Source of the DNA: Thainema sp.
Lineage (GTDB): Bacteria > Cyanobacteriota > Cyanobacteriia > Phormidesmidales > Phormidesmidaceae
Assembly (NCBI GenBank): GCA_052168235.1
Contig: JBQLZK010000022.1
Location: 1-64,000 of the forward strand
DNA: 64,000 nt
Reading direction: 5' to 3'
This document shows, piece by piece, positions 9,913 to 19,631 of this stretch. Made by a program: the position numbers and the translations under genes. Position 1 is the stretch's first letter, and each line of letters begins with the position of its first letter. The notes under the pieces were generated by a model that was not told where the DNA came from, did not search any database, and saw only the letters and a program-made list of their open reading frames with translations.

Positions 9913-10746
9913 TTAAGGTAGCCAAGGATATTGGCGGAAATCGGGTGGGCGTTTTTCTAGGAATGCCTGTTTGCCTTCTGAGCCTTCTTGGGTCATGTAG
10001 TAGAGCAGCGTGGCGTTTCCGGCGAGTTCTTGTAAACCGGCTTGTCCATCGCAGTCGGCGTTAAACGCGGCTTTGAGACAGCGAATGGCAATGGGACTTT
10101 TCTGGAGAATTTCCTGTGCCCACTGTACGCCTTCCGCTTCGAGCTGATCGACGGGCACGACGCAGTTGACTAAGCCCATATCGAGCGCTTCCTGGGCGCT
10201 GTACTGCCGACAGAGAAACCAGATTTCTCGTGCTTTTTTCTGACCGATGATGCGAGCTAGGTAGCTAGCGCCAAATCCGCCGTCAAAACTGCCGACTTTT
10301 GGCCCGGTTTGACCAAAGATGGCGTTATCTGCCGCAATGGTCAGATCGCAAACAATATGGAGAACATGTCCACCTCCGATCGCATATCCGGCAACGAGGG
10401 CGATCACGACTTTGGGCATGGAGCGAATGAGCCGCTGCAAGTCCAAGACGTTTAAGCGGGGGACGCCTGCGTCATCGACATAGCCCGCTTCGCCGCGCAC
10501 GCTCTGATCGCCACCGGAACAGAAGGCATATTTGCCGTCGGTGTGCGGCCCTGCGCCAGTGAGGAGGACAACGCCAATGCGGGTATCTTCTCGCGCATCG
10601 CAGAAGGCGTCGTACATTTCAAATACGGTCTGGGGACGGAAGGCGTTGCGTTTGTGGGGGCGGTTGATGGTGATTTTGGCGATTCCGTCGGCTTTGTGAT
10701 AAAGAATGTCTTCGTAGGTTTTGGCGACCTGCCACTCGACTTGCAT
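9913..10746 (-). CDS. menB: 1,4-dihydroxy-2-naphthoyl-CoA synthase
   Basis: [26 protein letters not shown] and [10 protein letters not shown] motifs. Confidence 0.97.
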   Translation of the reverse strand: MQVEWQVAKTYEDILYHKADGIAKITINRPHKRNAFRPQTVFEMYDAFCDAREDTRIGVVLLTGAGPHTDGKYAFCSGGDQSVRGEAGYVDDAGVPRLNVLDLQRLIRSMPKVVIALVAGYAIGGGHVLHIVCDLTIAADNAIFGQTGPKVGSFDGGFGASYLARIIGQKKAREIWFLCRQYSAQEALDMGLVNCVVPVDQLEAEGVQWAQEILQKSPIAIRCLKAAFNADCDGQAGLQELAGNATLLYYMTQEGSEGKQAFLEKRPPDFRQYPWLP

Positions 10747-10843
10747 AAGTACATCGCTTCAAAAGTCCTCAGGCATTGTATCGCGTTCCATCTTCAACAC
10801 TTTGATTCAACGCCCTGCGAAATAAGACCTTATCGTCGTCTTT

Positions 10844-10859
10844 TGTGACACATTTCACA
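10844..10859. promoter_or_regulatory. Perfect CRP-family box TGTGA-N6-TCACA between divergent menB and mddA
   Basis: TGTGACACATTTCACA. Confidence 0.6.
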
Positions 10860-10965
10860 TCGTCACATGACCATAAACACAAAATGTATTCTGAAACACA
10901 GTTTGCCGGAGCTGAAGCTATGGTTTGTCAACTCAATTGCCCCCTTTAGCCCCCTTTTGAATTTT

Positions 10966-11739
10966 ATGGTTGTACAAAGTACTTCGTCGGCTCAAACCAG
11001 TCCGCTTAGTCGGATGGCGGTGTTTAGCTATGGCCTCGTCTGCTACGCCGTCTTTTTCGTGACCTTTTCATATGCCTGTGGATTTATTGCCAATTTTGGC
11101 GTGCCGCGCTCGATTGATTCTGCCCCTGTCATTCCGCTGCGTTATGCGCTTTTGGTAGATGTGGCGTTGCTGGGCCTGTTTGGGCTACAGCACAGCGGCA
11201 TGGCTCGCAAGGGCTTTAAGCAGTGGTGGACGCAGTTTGTTCCTAAAGCGGTTGAGCGGAGCACTTATGTTTTGTTCTCTAGCCTCTGTCTGATTACGCT
11301 GTTCTATTTCTGGCAGCCGTTGGGCGGTTTCATCTGGCAGGTGACGAATCCGACGGGTGTGGCAATTTTGTATGCGCTGTCGGCTTGTGGCTGGTTGATT
11401 GTGCTGGGCACAACGTTTTTAATTAACCACTTTGACCTGTTTGGCTTGCGCCAGGTTTGGCTCTATTGGCGGGGTAAGGAGTATGCGCCGCTCCATTTTG
11501 TGACGCCTGGCCCTTACAACTTCATTCGCCATCCGCTCTACGTTGGTTTTATGCTGGCGTTCTGGGCGACTCCGGTGATGACGGTTGCTCATTTAGTCTT
11601 TGCTCTGGGCACAACGGGTTACATTCTGGTTGCGATTCAGCTCGAAGAACGCGATCTGATTCACACGTTTGGCGAAACCTATGCAGCCTATCGCCGCCGA
11701 GTGCCGATGCTGATTCCGTTTTCTCGTCGGCAAAAGTAA
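10966..11739 (+). CDS. mddA: Methanethiol S-methyltransferase (MddA-like, ICMT-family membrane methyltransferase)
   Basis: QHSGMARKGFK, VERSTYVL, NHFDLFGLRQV, RHPLYVG and LEERDL motifs; start taken at ATG 10966. Confidence 0.8.
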   Translation: MVVQSTSSAQTSPLSRMAVFSYGLVCYAVFFVTFSYACGFIANFGVPRSIDSAPVIPLRYALLVDVALLGLFGLQHSGMARKGFKQWWTQFVPKAVERSTYVLFSSLCLITLFYFWQPLGGFIWQVTNPTGVAILYALSACGWLIVLGTTFLINHFDLFGLRQVWLYWRGKEYAPLHFVTPGPYNFIRHPLYVGFMLAFWATPVMTVAHLVFALGTTGYILVAIQLEERDLIHTFGETYAAYRRRVPMLIPFSRRQK

Positions 11740-11770
11740 TCAGGCCGAATAATGCCAATTTAATAAGTTG

Positions 11771-11812
11771 AAGAAGAGCGATCGCAGTTTTTAAAGTGCG
11801 ATCGCTCTTCTT
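11771..11812 (+). terminator. 16-bp hairpin built from two HIP1 sites downstream of mddA
   Basis: AAGAAGAGCGATCGCA-N10-TGCGATCGCTCTTCTT. Confidence 0.55.
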
Positions 11813-11960
11813 ATTAAGGAAGTCACAACTTAAATGAAGTGTTTGTCAAAATTTGTAGGTAATTGTCCGGATCAGGAAAGCTTGAGCCAGATCTAGAGTG
11901 AAGGAAGCCCTTTGGTAACTCGTGATAGTTGAATCGCGTATCTAAGGCTGCTTATTATGA

Positions 11961-12830
11961 ATGCCGGAATTCTCTGGGCATTCTTTAAGTGGAATAGTTT
12001 GTCACAAAAAACCTATGAAGCTCATTCACGTTCACGGGTTTGCAGACCTTGAGCCAGAATCATACATCACCAAACAATACCGAAAATTTGCTGAGGAACT
12101 CCGCTGGGATCTAGACATCCAGGAGTTCAAGTGGAACACGCTGGAAGGAAACCTCTCCAAGCTAGTCGCCAATTTCTCTGAATCCGATCGCCGTATCAAA
12201 GACGTTGCAGTTCGTTTGGTGGAGAACATTGCCGCCGAAAAGGAAGAAATAGTTCTATCTGGGCATAGTCTTGGTGGGGCAATTCTGCTCGAAGCATTGG
12301 AACTCCAACCAAAGCTCCCGAATCTACATAGCGTGATCTTACTGGGTGCGGCTTATCCTCAGAGAAACTTACTCACTCAAATTCAGAATGTGACTCCTCG
12401 ATATTACGCATTAAACTACCACTCGCCCACCTGGGATGTCGTATTGAACCAGGCTTATTTTAATGCGAAAGGATGTACTGCTGTGGGAACGAATGGATTA
12501 CTAAATCCTGGTGTCTTTGAAAATATGAAAGTGAGCTGTAGCCATGATGGAAAGAGAGGATATGCACGTTTGGTTCCTGGAATTATTGGACTTCTTGCCT
12601 ACACTCAAGGAATTCACAGCCATGAGAAAGCAAAGAAACCCTGGCAACCAATCGCAATCGGTAATAGCTCAGACTGGGATAATCTCTATTTTCTAGATGG
12701 ACACATTGTGCAACGGCACTTTTTAACAGGCTATTTTCGAGTCATTGAAGCTGGTGGTGTTCATCAAGAGCGATTTTATTCGAAATCGGTCATACCGCTG
12801 CTGGATGCGATCGCAGATCTACCAAAATAA
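11961..12830 (+). CDS. Alpha/beta-hydrolase-fold protein
   Basis: HVHG oxyanion-like segment, GHSLGG nucleophile elbow, VILLGAA; true start may be MKLIHVHG. Confidence 0.7.
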   Translation: MPEFSGHSLSGIVCHKKPMKLIHVHGFADLEPESYITKQYRKFAEELRWDLDIQEFKWNTLEGNLSKLVANFSESDRRIKDVAVRLVENIAAEKEEIVLSGHSLGGAILLEALELQPKLPNLHSVILLGAAYPQRNLLTQIQNVTPRYYALNYHSPTWDVVLNQAYFNAKGCTAVGTNGLLNPGVFENMKVSCSHDGKRGYARLVPGIIGLLAYTQGIHSHEKAKKPWQPIAIGNSSDWDNLYFLDGHIVQRHFLTGYFRVIEAGGVHQERFYSKSVIPLLDAIADLPK

Positions 12831-13059
12831 CAAACCAAAAGTATTTGAGACTTTAGCCTTATACAATTCTGATTTACTCAGCGAATCAACCAATAAAGTG
12901 GAAGTCTTCTAAAGCAGTATCAAGTTACTCTTCAATAGCTAATTCTGGCAAGTGTTTAAAGGAAATTCAGATGTGTTATCAAAAATGGTAATGCTAAGCC
13001 GAATGGCGCTCAAAAACTGGCTACACTAAGATCGAAGTTGTAGGCTCTACAGCAACAGT

Positions 13060-13365
13060 ATGGCAACAGACCATCCCAGCCCCTCTATAGCTACTCTTGA
13101 AGCACTGCTGCTTGAAATTGACGCAACTCCCAAAAAATATTGGGCAGATCTGCTCGATACTGTGCGTCAATTTCGCCAAAATATTCCAGCCAGTGATTCG
13201 TCCATCATTGATGCTGAACAGGCACAGAAAAACCAAGCAGCGATCGCTCTTTTAGACTCCTGGTTAGACGACACCGAAGATGCATCAGAACATCGGCAAT
13301 CGTGGGAATCTCTAAAAACAGCTCTTGACGAAGATCGGCTATCTGATCGCCCCTTATTCCCATGA
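13060..13365 (+). CDS. Putative antitoxin-like protein of a PIN-toxin pair
   Basis: KNQAAIALLDSW...LDEDRLSDRPLFP C-terminus; stop overlaps the ATG of a toxin remnant. Confidence 0.6.
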   Translation: MATDHPSPSIATLEALLLEIDATPKKYWADLLDTVRQFRQNIPASDSSIIDAEQAQKNQAAIALLDSWLDDTEDASEHRQSWESLKTALDEDRLSDRPLFP

Positions 13366-13441
13366 GTCGCTTGATTTTATAACTAACGTGTCGCATCTAT
13401 CCCGCTTCATCACAGCATTAGATTGGCACTCCATTGTGTAA
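13362..13441 (+). pseudogene. PIN-domain toxin remnant with a large internal deletion
   Basis: MSRLIL* (13362-13382) directly followed, in another frame, by TNVSHLSRFITALDWHSIV*; these resemble the two termini of a cyanobacterial PIN family. Confidence 0.55.
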
Positions 13442-13453
13442 ATCTGTCGGTGC

Positions 13454-13540
13454 GATCGCAGACGGGAAAAGTGAGATCGCACTTCTTAATAAGTCAGATA
13501 ATTTTGAGGGTGAGGGATGAGATCGCAGACGGGAAAAGTG
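13454..13540 (+). repeat. 20-bp exact direct repeat anchored on HIP1 variants
   Basis: GATCGCAGACGGGAAAAGTG at 13454-13473 and 13521-13540. Confidence 0.8.
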
Positions 13541-13577
13541 CGATCTCGCTTATTGTTCAGGGAATAACTAGCGTAGG

Positions 13578-14369
13578 ATGGTGTCTCTACCATGCTTATC
13601 TACTAACCCCTCCACTCACCTGATCGAGCAATCCAAGATGTTTACACCCCAAAAATCGCCACGACCTAAATCATCCAAATACTTACGAGCTGCTTTATGG
13701 GGTTGTCTAGGGGCAGTTCTAGTTTCCTTTGGTGGCTGTGCCCTATATGGTGCAATTCTTTGGAATGCCTGGGGGCCGGGGCCACGCTGGGGTGAAACCT
13801 CCCACCGAACACTCAACTTTGTGACCAATCAGCCAATTGGCGAACTTTACGTTATTCAAGATGCGAATTGCTTTACCTGTGCCTATGAAGAGAAACCAGG
13901 TGGAACGGCGCAGGGAACAGTACAGGTAGAAGTACCAGATTTTCGCTGGTACGTTTTGCTGATTGTGTCATCCAGTGGTGCAACTCAATTACGTTATTTA
14001 CAGAATATAAAGTCCGGCGATATTGAAGTCATTGACTTATCAGACACATCAGTCACAGATGCTGATTTGCAATTTATCAGCCATCTAGAACTCAATGAGC
14101 TGAATTTGGACAATACCAACATTACGGGTAGTGGACTTGAGTCCTTAGTATTCTCGAACAGTTCGTTCTCCCTAAGTTTGGAGAACTGCCAAAATTTAAA
14201 TAAGTCTATGATTCTGGCGCTCAAAAAGTATCCTGCTTTCTCACTTGATCTATCCAACTCAAATTTGGATCAACCCGACATCATTGAAGAACTGCACCAA
14301 GCATTTTGCTCAGGACTAGAATCTGGCCAATGCCATAAAACTGTACGGGGCGACAGTCTGCGTGATTAA
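13578..14369 (+). CDS. Membrane-anchored protein with leucine-rich repeats
   Basis: N-terminal hydrophobic helix; IDLSDTSVTDADL and LNLDNTNITGSGL LRR-like units. Confidence 0.6.
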   Translation: MVSLPCLSTNPSTHLIEQSKMFTPQKSPRPKSSKYLRAALWGCLGAVLVSFGGCALYGAILWNAWGPGPRWGETSHRTLNFVTNQPIGELYVIQDANCFTCAYEEKPGGTAQGTVQVEVPDFRWYVLLIVSSSGATQLRYLQNIKSGDIEVIDLSDTSVTDADLQFISHLELNELNLDNTNITGSGLESLVFSNSSFSLSLENCQNLNKSMILALKKYPAFSLDLSNSNLDQPDIIEELHQAFCSGLESGQCHKTVRGDSLRD

Positions 14370-14459
14370 AGAAAATGATGCCAGAGGCGAACGTATGTTT
14401 CCAATCTGGCAAAGGGCATTATTTAATAGGGAAGCCATGTTTGGGATACGAAAAATTAC

Positions 14460-17400
14460 ATGCCACAGCTTCAATTCTCTATGCCTTTCATGAGGCGGAT
14501 TTCCTTTAGAGTTAAGCTCGGATTGGCGATCGTTTTGCTATCAACTAGCGTAGCTGGCCTCAGTGTTGCTTATTTCTACACGCAAACACAGCAGTTTGTT
14601 CTAAAGCAGACGCAGAAAGACCTCAAACGTCTAGGACATACCGCGACGCTACTCTTTGATGAAGCCGATCGCGCTGCAATCGTTCGGTTGACCGCTGCCG
14701 CTGAAGCAGAAGCCAAGCGTAATCCTCAAGTCAGCAAATCTGACGTTCTAGCGCTGGCTCCAGGTGAGACCATTAATAGCCTCAGTCCAGAAGCACGAGA
14801 TCGGCTCCAGTCATCCGATGATTTTCAAAGATTAGTGCTGATTCTCGAACGGCTTAAATACGTGAACCGCGATACTGTGGAACCGCTTAGAGATGATTAT
14901 CCCTATGAGGTTAGCCAGGATCATATTAGAGCGTTTCTGGTTGTCCCGGCCCCCGAGTTTACGCAATATCAAGTCGTCAAATTCATAGTGTCCGGTTCCT
15001 ATTTACCTCAAGGCGATTGGCCAGGAAACCCGATTGGCAATTTATTTGCTGCGACAACCGAAAATTTTATTCGAGTTTTTGACGGCACTATCCAAGTTGA
15101 TGATCATTTCATTAGCATCAGCTCTTACTATGATGCACTGGGTGTTTTAGTGCCAATCAAAAATGATCAAGGAGAAACTATTGCCGCTCTCGGACTTGAT
15201 TATATTGCGGGTAGTGAACTTGATCAACTGGCTCATATCAAAGTGGTAGGAATTGTCATTATTGTTAGCAGTTTTATTATTTCCAGTCTGTTATCGATTC
15301 TCTTAACCCAATGGCTCAGCCGTCCGATCACGAAACTGCAGCAAGCCGCCCAAAAAGTTCGAGAAGGAGATTACGAAACCGTTGTTATACTGCAAAGCCA
15401 GGATGAACTGGGTTTGCTGGCTGAAACCTTTAATCAAATGGTTACAGAAATTCGGGATTACTCTCGACAATTAGAAACCCAAAACCAGCATCTGCAAGAA
15501 CTGGATCAGCTCAAAGATGAGTTCTTAGCCAATACCTCACACGAACTTAGAACGCCTCTGCATGGCATTATTGGCATCGCTGATTCCATGCTCGATGGAG
15601 TTACTGGCGAACTCAATCAAGAGCAAGCTTTAAACCTGCAAATGCTGCGCCATAGCGGGCAGCGACTGATCAATTTAGTCAGCGACATCCTGGATTTTTC
15701 AAAGTTGAGACATCAGCAACTGGCTTTACATGTTAAACCGATTCGATTGCGAGAGATTGTTGAACTCGTTCTACAACTTGATCGCATTCTAATTGGCGCA
15801 AAAGAGTTGCAGTTGCTGAATCATGTTCCAGCCGATTTGCCGCCCGTACTCGCTGATGAAAATCGGCTCCAGCAGATTTTGCATAATCTGATTGGCAATG
15901 CGATTAAATTCACTCACCAAGGACAGGTGACGGTGACGGCAAACTTGACTGATGATTCTGCCATAGAGATTGCGATCGCAGATACCGGGATTGGTATTCC
16001 AGAGGATAAGCTGGAGGCCATTTTTGAATCCTTTGAGCAGGTTGGTGGAGCGGCCTCCCGACAATATGGCGGAACGGGGTTAGGGCTAGCCATCACGCGT
16101 AGCTTGGTTCAACTGCACGGTGGAGCGATTACGGTCAGTTCCACCCCCGGACGGGGTTCCGTCTTTCGCTTTACCTTACCGATTACCTTGCCTGTGGCTA
16201 CCTTATCTATGGCTGATCGCGGGACGAGTCATGATGATGGTCGTGAACGTAATTCCAGACCAGAGGTGCTACCCGTTTATCCAGCCGACGATTGGACAGA
16301 TCGCTCTACTCTGGCAGATGCTCCACTGACTCAACATAATGGCGAAGGTGAGAAGCGCATTCTGATCGTGGATGATGAGCCAGTCAATATTCAAGTGCTC
16401 AAGAACTTTTTGAAATTAGAAAACTATCACATTGTGATTGCATCGGATGGGCAAGAAGCGCTGAAGCTGCTGGATGAGGACTTGCAGCCAGATCTGATTT
16501 TATTAGATGTGATGATGCCGGGGATGACGGGCTACGATGTGCTGAAAGTCATTCGCCAAAATCCTGTATTTGAACGTTTACCCGTCATTTTTCTCAGCGC
16601 CCGCATTCAACCCGATGATATTGCTTTGGGATTAGAACTAGGAGCAAATGACTACTTAATTAAGCCCATTCATAAGCGGGAATTGCTAGCTCGAATTCGC
16701 ACCCATTTAAGAATTCATCAGCTAGAAGAAGAAGCAATCGAACTTGCAATTTCCTATGAACGGCAACGGGCGCAATTTCTCGATGCTCTACCAATCGGCG
16801 TGGCTGTCCATGAGCCAGATGGTTCGATTGTTTACGTAAATCAAATTGCCAAGCATCTACTCCAGCACGTACTTGCCTATGATGTAACTACCGATCAGCA
16901 GTCTTCTGTCTATCAACTCTACCAGGAAGGATCGGATGACTTATATCCCAGCGATCGCCTACCCATTCATCGAGCTGCAAAGGGTGAATTAGTGCACTGT
17001 GATGACATCGAGTTGCATACCCCTGAACGCATTATTCCCTTGGAGGTTTTGGCAACACCAATTCTCGATCAGGACAGTTCAATTCAATATGTTATTGCTG
17101 CATTTCAAGATATTACTGAACGTAAACAAGCCGAAAAAGTGAAGTTAATGAATCTAGAGCTACAGCGAATTGTAATGATTGACGGATTGACTCAAATTGC
17201 CAATCGTTATTATTTTGACTGCTACCTTGAACAGGAATGGAAGCGACTTTTGCGAGAGAAACAGCCTTTGTTTCTAATTTTATTTGACGTAGATTATTTC
17301 AAACAATATAACGATTTCTATGGCCATCAAGCAGGAGATGACTGCCTTAAACGGATAGCACAAGTGGGAAAGATGTCCGTCAATCGGCCTGCCGACGTGG

Positions 17401-17690
17401 TGGCTCGGTATGGTGGCGAAGAGTTTGCGGTCATTTTGCCCAATACCGATCGCAAGGGCGCAATTGTGATTGCAGAACGGATTCAGCAGTATCTGCGAGA
17501 GCAAACAATTTCCCACGCCCAGTCTAAAGTGAGCCCAATTGTATCCGTCAGCTTGGGGATTGCGGGCATCATCCCGACGGCTGCAACTTCCCCTGCTACA
17601 TTGATTTCAATGGCCGATCAAGCGTTATATGCGGCCAAACACCAAGGGCGCGATCGCATTCACATCTATGGTCAAGATACGGAAGCCTAA
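14460..17690 (+). CDS. Hybrid sensor: TM-HAMP-HisKA-HATPase-REC-PAS-GGDEF
   Basis: FLANTSHELRTPL, NLIGNAIKFT, GGTGLGL, LILLDVMMP and RPADVVARYGGEEF motifs. Confidence 0.92.
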   Translation: MPQLQFSMPFMRRISFRVKLGLAIVLLSTSVAGLSVAYFYTQTQQFVLKQTQKDLKRLGHTATLLFDEADRAAIVRLTAAAEAEAKRNPQVSKSDVLALAPGETINSLSPEARDRLQSSDDFQRLVLILERLKYVNRDTVEPLRDDYPYEVSQDHIRAFLVVPAPEFTQYQVVKFIVSGSYLPQGDWPGNPIGNLFAATTENFIRVFDGTIQVDDHFISISSYYDALGVLVPIKNDQGETIAALGLDYIAGSELDQLAHIKVVGIVIIVSSFIISSLLSILLTQWLSRPITKLQQAAQKVREGDYETVVILQSQDELGLLAETFNQMVTEIRDYSRQLETQNQHLQELDQLKDEFLANTSHELRTPLHGIIGIADSMLDGVTGELNQEQALNLQMLRHSGQRLINLVSDILDFSKLRHQQLALHVKPIRLREIVELVLQLDRILIGAKELQLLNHVPADLPPVLADENRLQQILHNLIGNAIKFTHQGQVTVTANLTDDSAIEIAIADTGIGIPEDKLEAIFESFEQVGGAASRQYGGTGLGLAITRSLVQLHGGAITVSSTPGRGSVFRFTLPITLPVATLSMADRGTSHDDGRERNSRPEVLPVYPADDWTDRSTLADAPLTQHNGEGEKRILIVDDEPVNIQVLKNFLKLENYHIVIASDGQEALKLLDEDLQPDLILLDVMMPGMTGYDVLKVIRQNPVFERLPVIFLSARIQPDDIALGLELGANDYLIKPIHKRELLARIRTHLRIHQLEEEAIELAISYERQRAQFLDALPIGVAVHEPDGSIVYVNQIAKHLLQHVLAYDVTTDQQSSVYQLYQEGSDDLYPSDRLPIHRAAKGELVHCDDIELHTPERIIPLEVLATPILDQDSSIQYVIAAFQDITERKQAEKVKLMNLELQRIVMIDGLTQIANRYYFDCYLEQEWKRLLREKQPLFLILFDVDYFKQYNDFYGHQAGDDCLKRIAQVGKMSVNRPADVVARYGGEEFAVILPNTDRKGAIVIAERIQQYLREQTISHAQSKVSPIVSVSLGIAGIIPTAATSPATLISMADQALYAAKHQGRDRIHIYGQDTEA

Positions 17691-17747
17691 AGTCAAGATA
17701 AGGAAGCCGAACCCATTACTAGAGCTGAATTGTATTCAGAGTTAACG

Positions 17748-18236
17748 ATGTCAACCAACGTTCCTGCCGAAATTTTGCCGCTTGGCCCCGCTGATCTGGC
17801 GCACTTTGAGGCGATGATGACCCTGTTTGGCGAAGCGTTTGACGAGGTGGCAACCTATTGCGAAAAACGTCCCAGCCGAGCCTATGTAGAAGAGTTGTTG
17901 GCCAGCCCATTCTTTATTGCGATCGCGGCTCTGGATCAGGGAACTGTGGTGGGTGGCTTGGCTGCCTATGAACTGAAAAAGTTCGAACAGGAACGCAGCG
18001 AAATTTACATTTATGATCTGGCAGTTGCAGCCACTCATCGGCGGCAGGGAATTGCCACGGCCCTGATTCAAGAACTGCGTCGAATCGGCTCGACACGAGG
18101 AGCCTACGTGATCTTTGTGCAGGCCGATTATGAAGATCCGCCTGCTATCGCCCTATACGAAAAGCTGGGCGTACGCGAGGAAGTCCTGCATTTTGACATT
18201 GCTGTACCTTGGCAAGATGCATCACGTGAACTGTGA
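17748..18236 (+). CDS. AAC(3)-I-family aminoglycoside N-acetyltransferase (GNAT)
   Basis: [68 protein letters not shown] closely follows the AAC(3)-I consensus as recalled. Confidence 0.85.
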   Translation: MSTNVPAEILPLGPADLAHFEAMMTLFGEAFDEVATYCEKRPSRAYVEELLASPFFIAIAALDQGTVVGGLAAYELKKFEQERSEIYIYDLAVAATHRRQGIATALIQELRRIGSTRGAYVIFVQADYEDPPAIALYEKLGVREEVLHFDIAVPWQDASREL

Positions 18237-18392
18237 TTTATGGAGCACTGCTGATTTCCCTGCTTCAAAAATCTCGATATCTTGAGCATCGCGAAGCGAT
18301 AAGTCTCGTAGAGCAGCACTTTCTAAACTAAAGGTAGCTGATAGCCAATTTGCCAACGTTGGAGGCAGTTGAGCATCGACCCAAATCTTCAT
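18222..18392 (-). pseudogene. Truncated DUF5615/PIN-like toxin (56 codons)
   Basis: MKIWVDAQLPPTLANWL...LRDAQDIEIFEA then unrelated sequence; ATGA overlap with the DUF433 gene; lacks the T-x-D-x-DF half. Confidence 0.7.
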
Positions 18393-18622
18393 GCCGTCAG
18401 TCTAGGAAAATCAGTTCGTCGGGCTGCGAAGAGCAGACACGCTTGAATATCTGCTAGTTCCAAATCAGGAAAGTCATCTAAAATTTCCGCAACACTAACG
18501 TTTTCAGCCAACATTTCTAAGATATCGGTGACTCGAATTCGCATTCCTCGAATGCAGGGACGCCCCCCGCACTGACCAGGAGTTTGGGTAATCCGAGTGA
18601 GCAAGCCGTGGGTTGAATTCAT
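18389..18622 (-). CDS. DUF433-domain antitoxin
   Basis: ITQTPGQCGGRPCIRGMRIRVTDIL...EILDDFPDLELADIQACL. Confidence 0.9.
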   Translation of the reverse strand: MNSTHGLLTRITQTPGQCGGRPCIRGMRIRVTDILEMLAENVSVAEILDDFPDLELADIQACLLFAARRTDFPRLTA

Positions 18623-18701
18623 AAGGTTGCCTGTGAATTGCTTGACTTGTTTTGATCTTACCTAAGGATTATGCGCAGTCCGCCACCTAACAACGTCCAT
18701 G

Positions 18702-18840
18702 TATCCCTCTTTTATCACTCTAAGCAGAGGGAATCTGAGGTGTCCAAATTTCGTCGCTGACATAATGGATTCATCAGCCATGCAGGACGAGCGAATGCAG
18801 GGTTCGGCTTTTCTCCATGCGGAGTGATAAAAGAGGGCTA
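18702..18840. mobile_element. MITE / internally deleted IS with 16-bp perfect terminal inverted repeats
   Basis: CCCTCTTTTATCACTC (18705-18720) / GAGTGATAAAAGAGGG (18822-18837); extends to an outer TA with one mismatch. Confidence 0.6.
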
Positions 18841-18860
18841 AACACTTTTAGGAATTCATC

Positions 18861-19580
18861 ATGCTCGCCAGCAGAATGATTCAAAACAAACTTTGGTTTT
18901 GGTTGCAGTGGGCAGTAATAAGTGCCGCTGGGTGGGTGCTAGGCTTAATTGCAACGCTGTTGATAAATTTTTCAATAGTCCGGTTACTCAAACACTTGAT
19001 TGCGCTCAGCGAAAGTCCCACCTTTATGACTGCCTTGAATGAGGTCATGACTGGCAATATCGGTGATGGCATTCCGGGAGATTTCATTGGTGTACAATCT
19101 GCACTTGTTTTTGGAACACTTTTTGGCGTTTTGTACGGTACTCCATTCGGAGCAGTGGGCGGGCTTACACAAGCTCTCATTTTGAACCGCTATATTGCCA
19201 ATGCTCGCTGGTGGGTATTGGCTAGTGCGTTAGCCTGGGCTTGTGTTTGGGGAGCAATTTGGGGAAATGCTTGGGCCTGGGGTTGGACTGGGACAATAAT
19301 CGCAATCGAGACGAGTTACGGCTTGCTAGGAGCGACTTTAGTTGGATTGCTTGAATGGCTCGTCCTACGCCGACAAGTTGCGAGAGCTTACTGGTGGATA
19401 TTTGCAACGGTGATGAGTTGGATTATCAGTCGTTGGATTGTTTTGGAACTCGGGAACCGATTGTTTACCTTTCCATTTAGTTGGCTATGGATTTTAGTTG
19501 GAATAGGCAATGGAATAGTAACAGGAGGTGCATTGATATACCTATTGTCTCGCCCCAAGCATCAGGTCAGCTCAAACTGA
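18861..19580 (+). CDS. Gly/Trp-rich multi-pass membrane protein, unknown function
   Basis: Repeated Q/EWLVLRR..A.WW units and several hydrophobic helices. Confidence 0.7.
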   Translation: MLASRMIQNKLWFWLQWAVISAAGWVLGLIATLLINFSIVRLLKHLIALSESPTFMTALNEVMTGNIGDGIPGDFIGVQSALVFGTLFGVLYGTPFGAVGGLTQALILNRYIANARWWVLASALAWACVWGAIWGNAWAWGWTGTIIAIETSYGLLGATLVGLLEWLVLRRQVARAYWWIFATVMSWIISRWIVLELGNRLFTFPFSWLWILVGIGNGIVTGGALIYLLSRPKHQVSSN

Positions 19581-19631
19581 TCACTGCGCTCAAGATAAAA
19601 TGGAATTGACAAGCTCGAACAGGTCGTGTTT

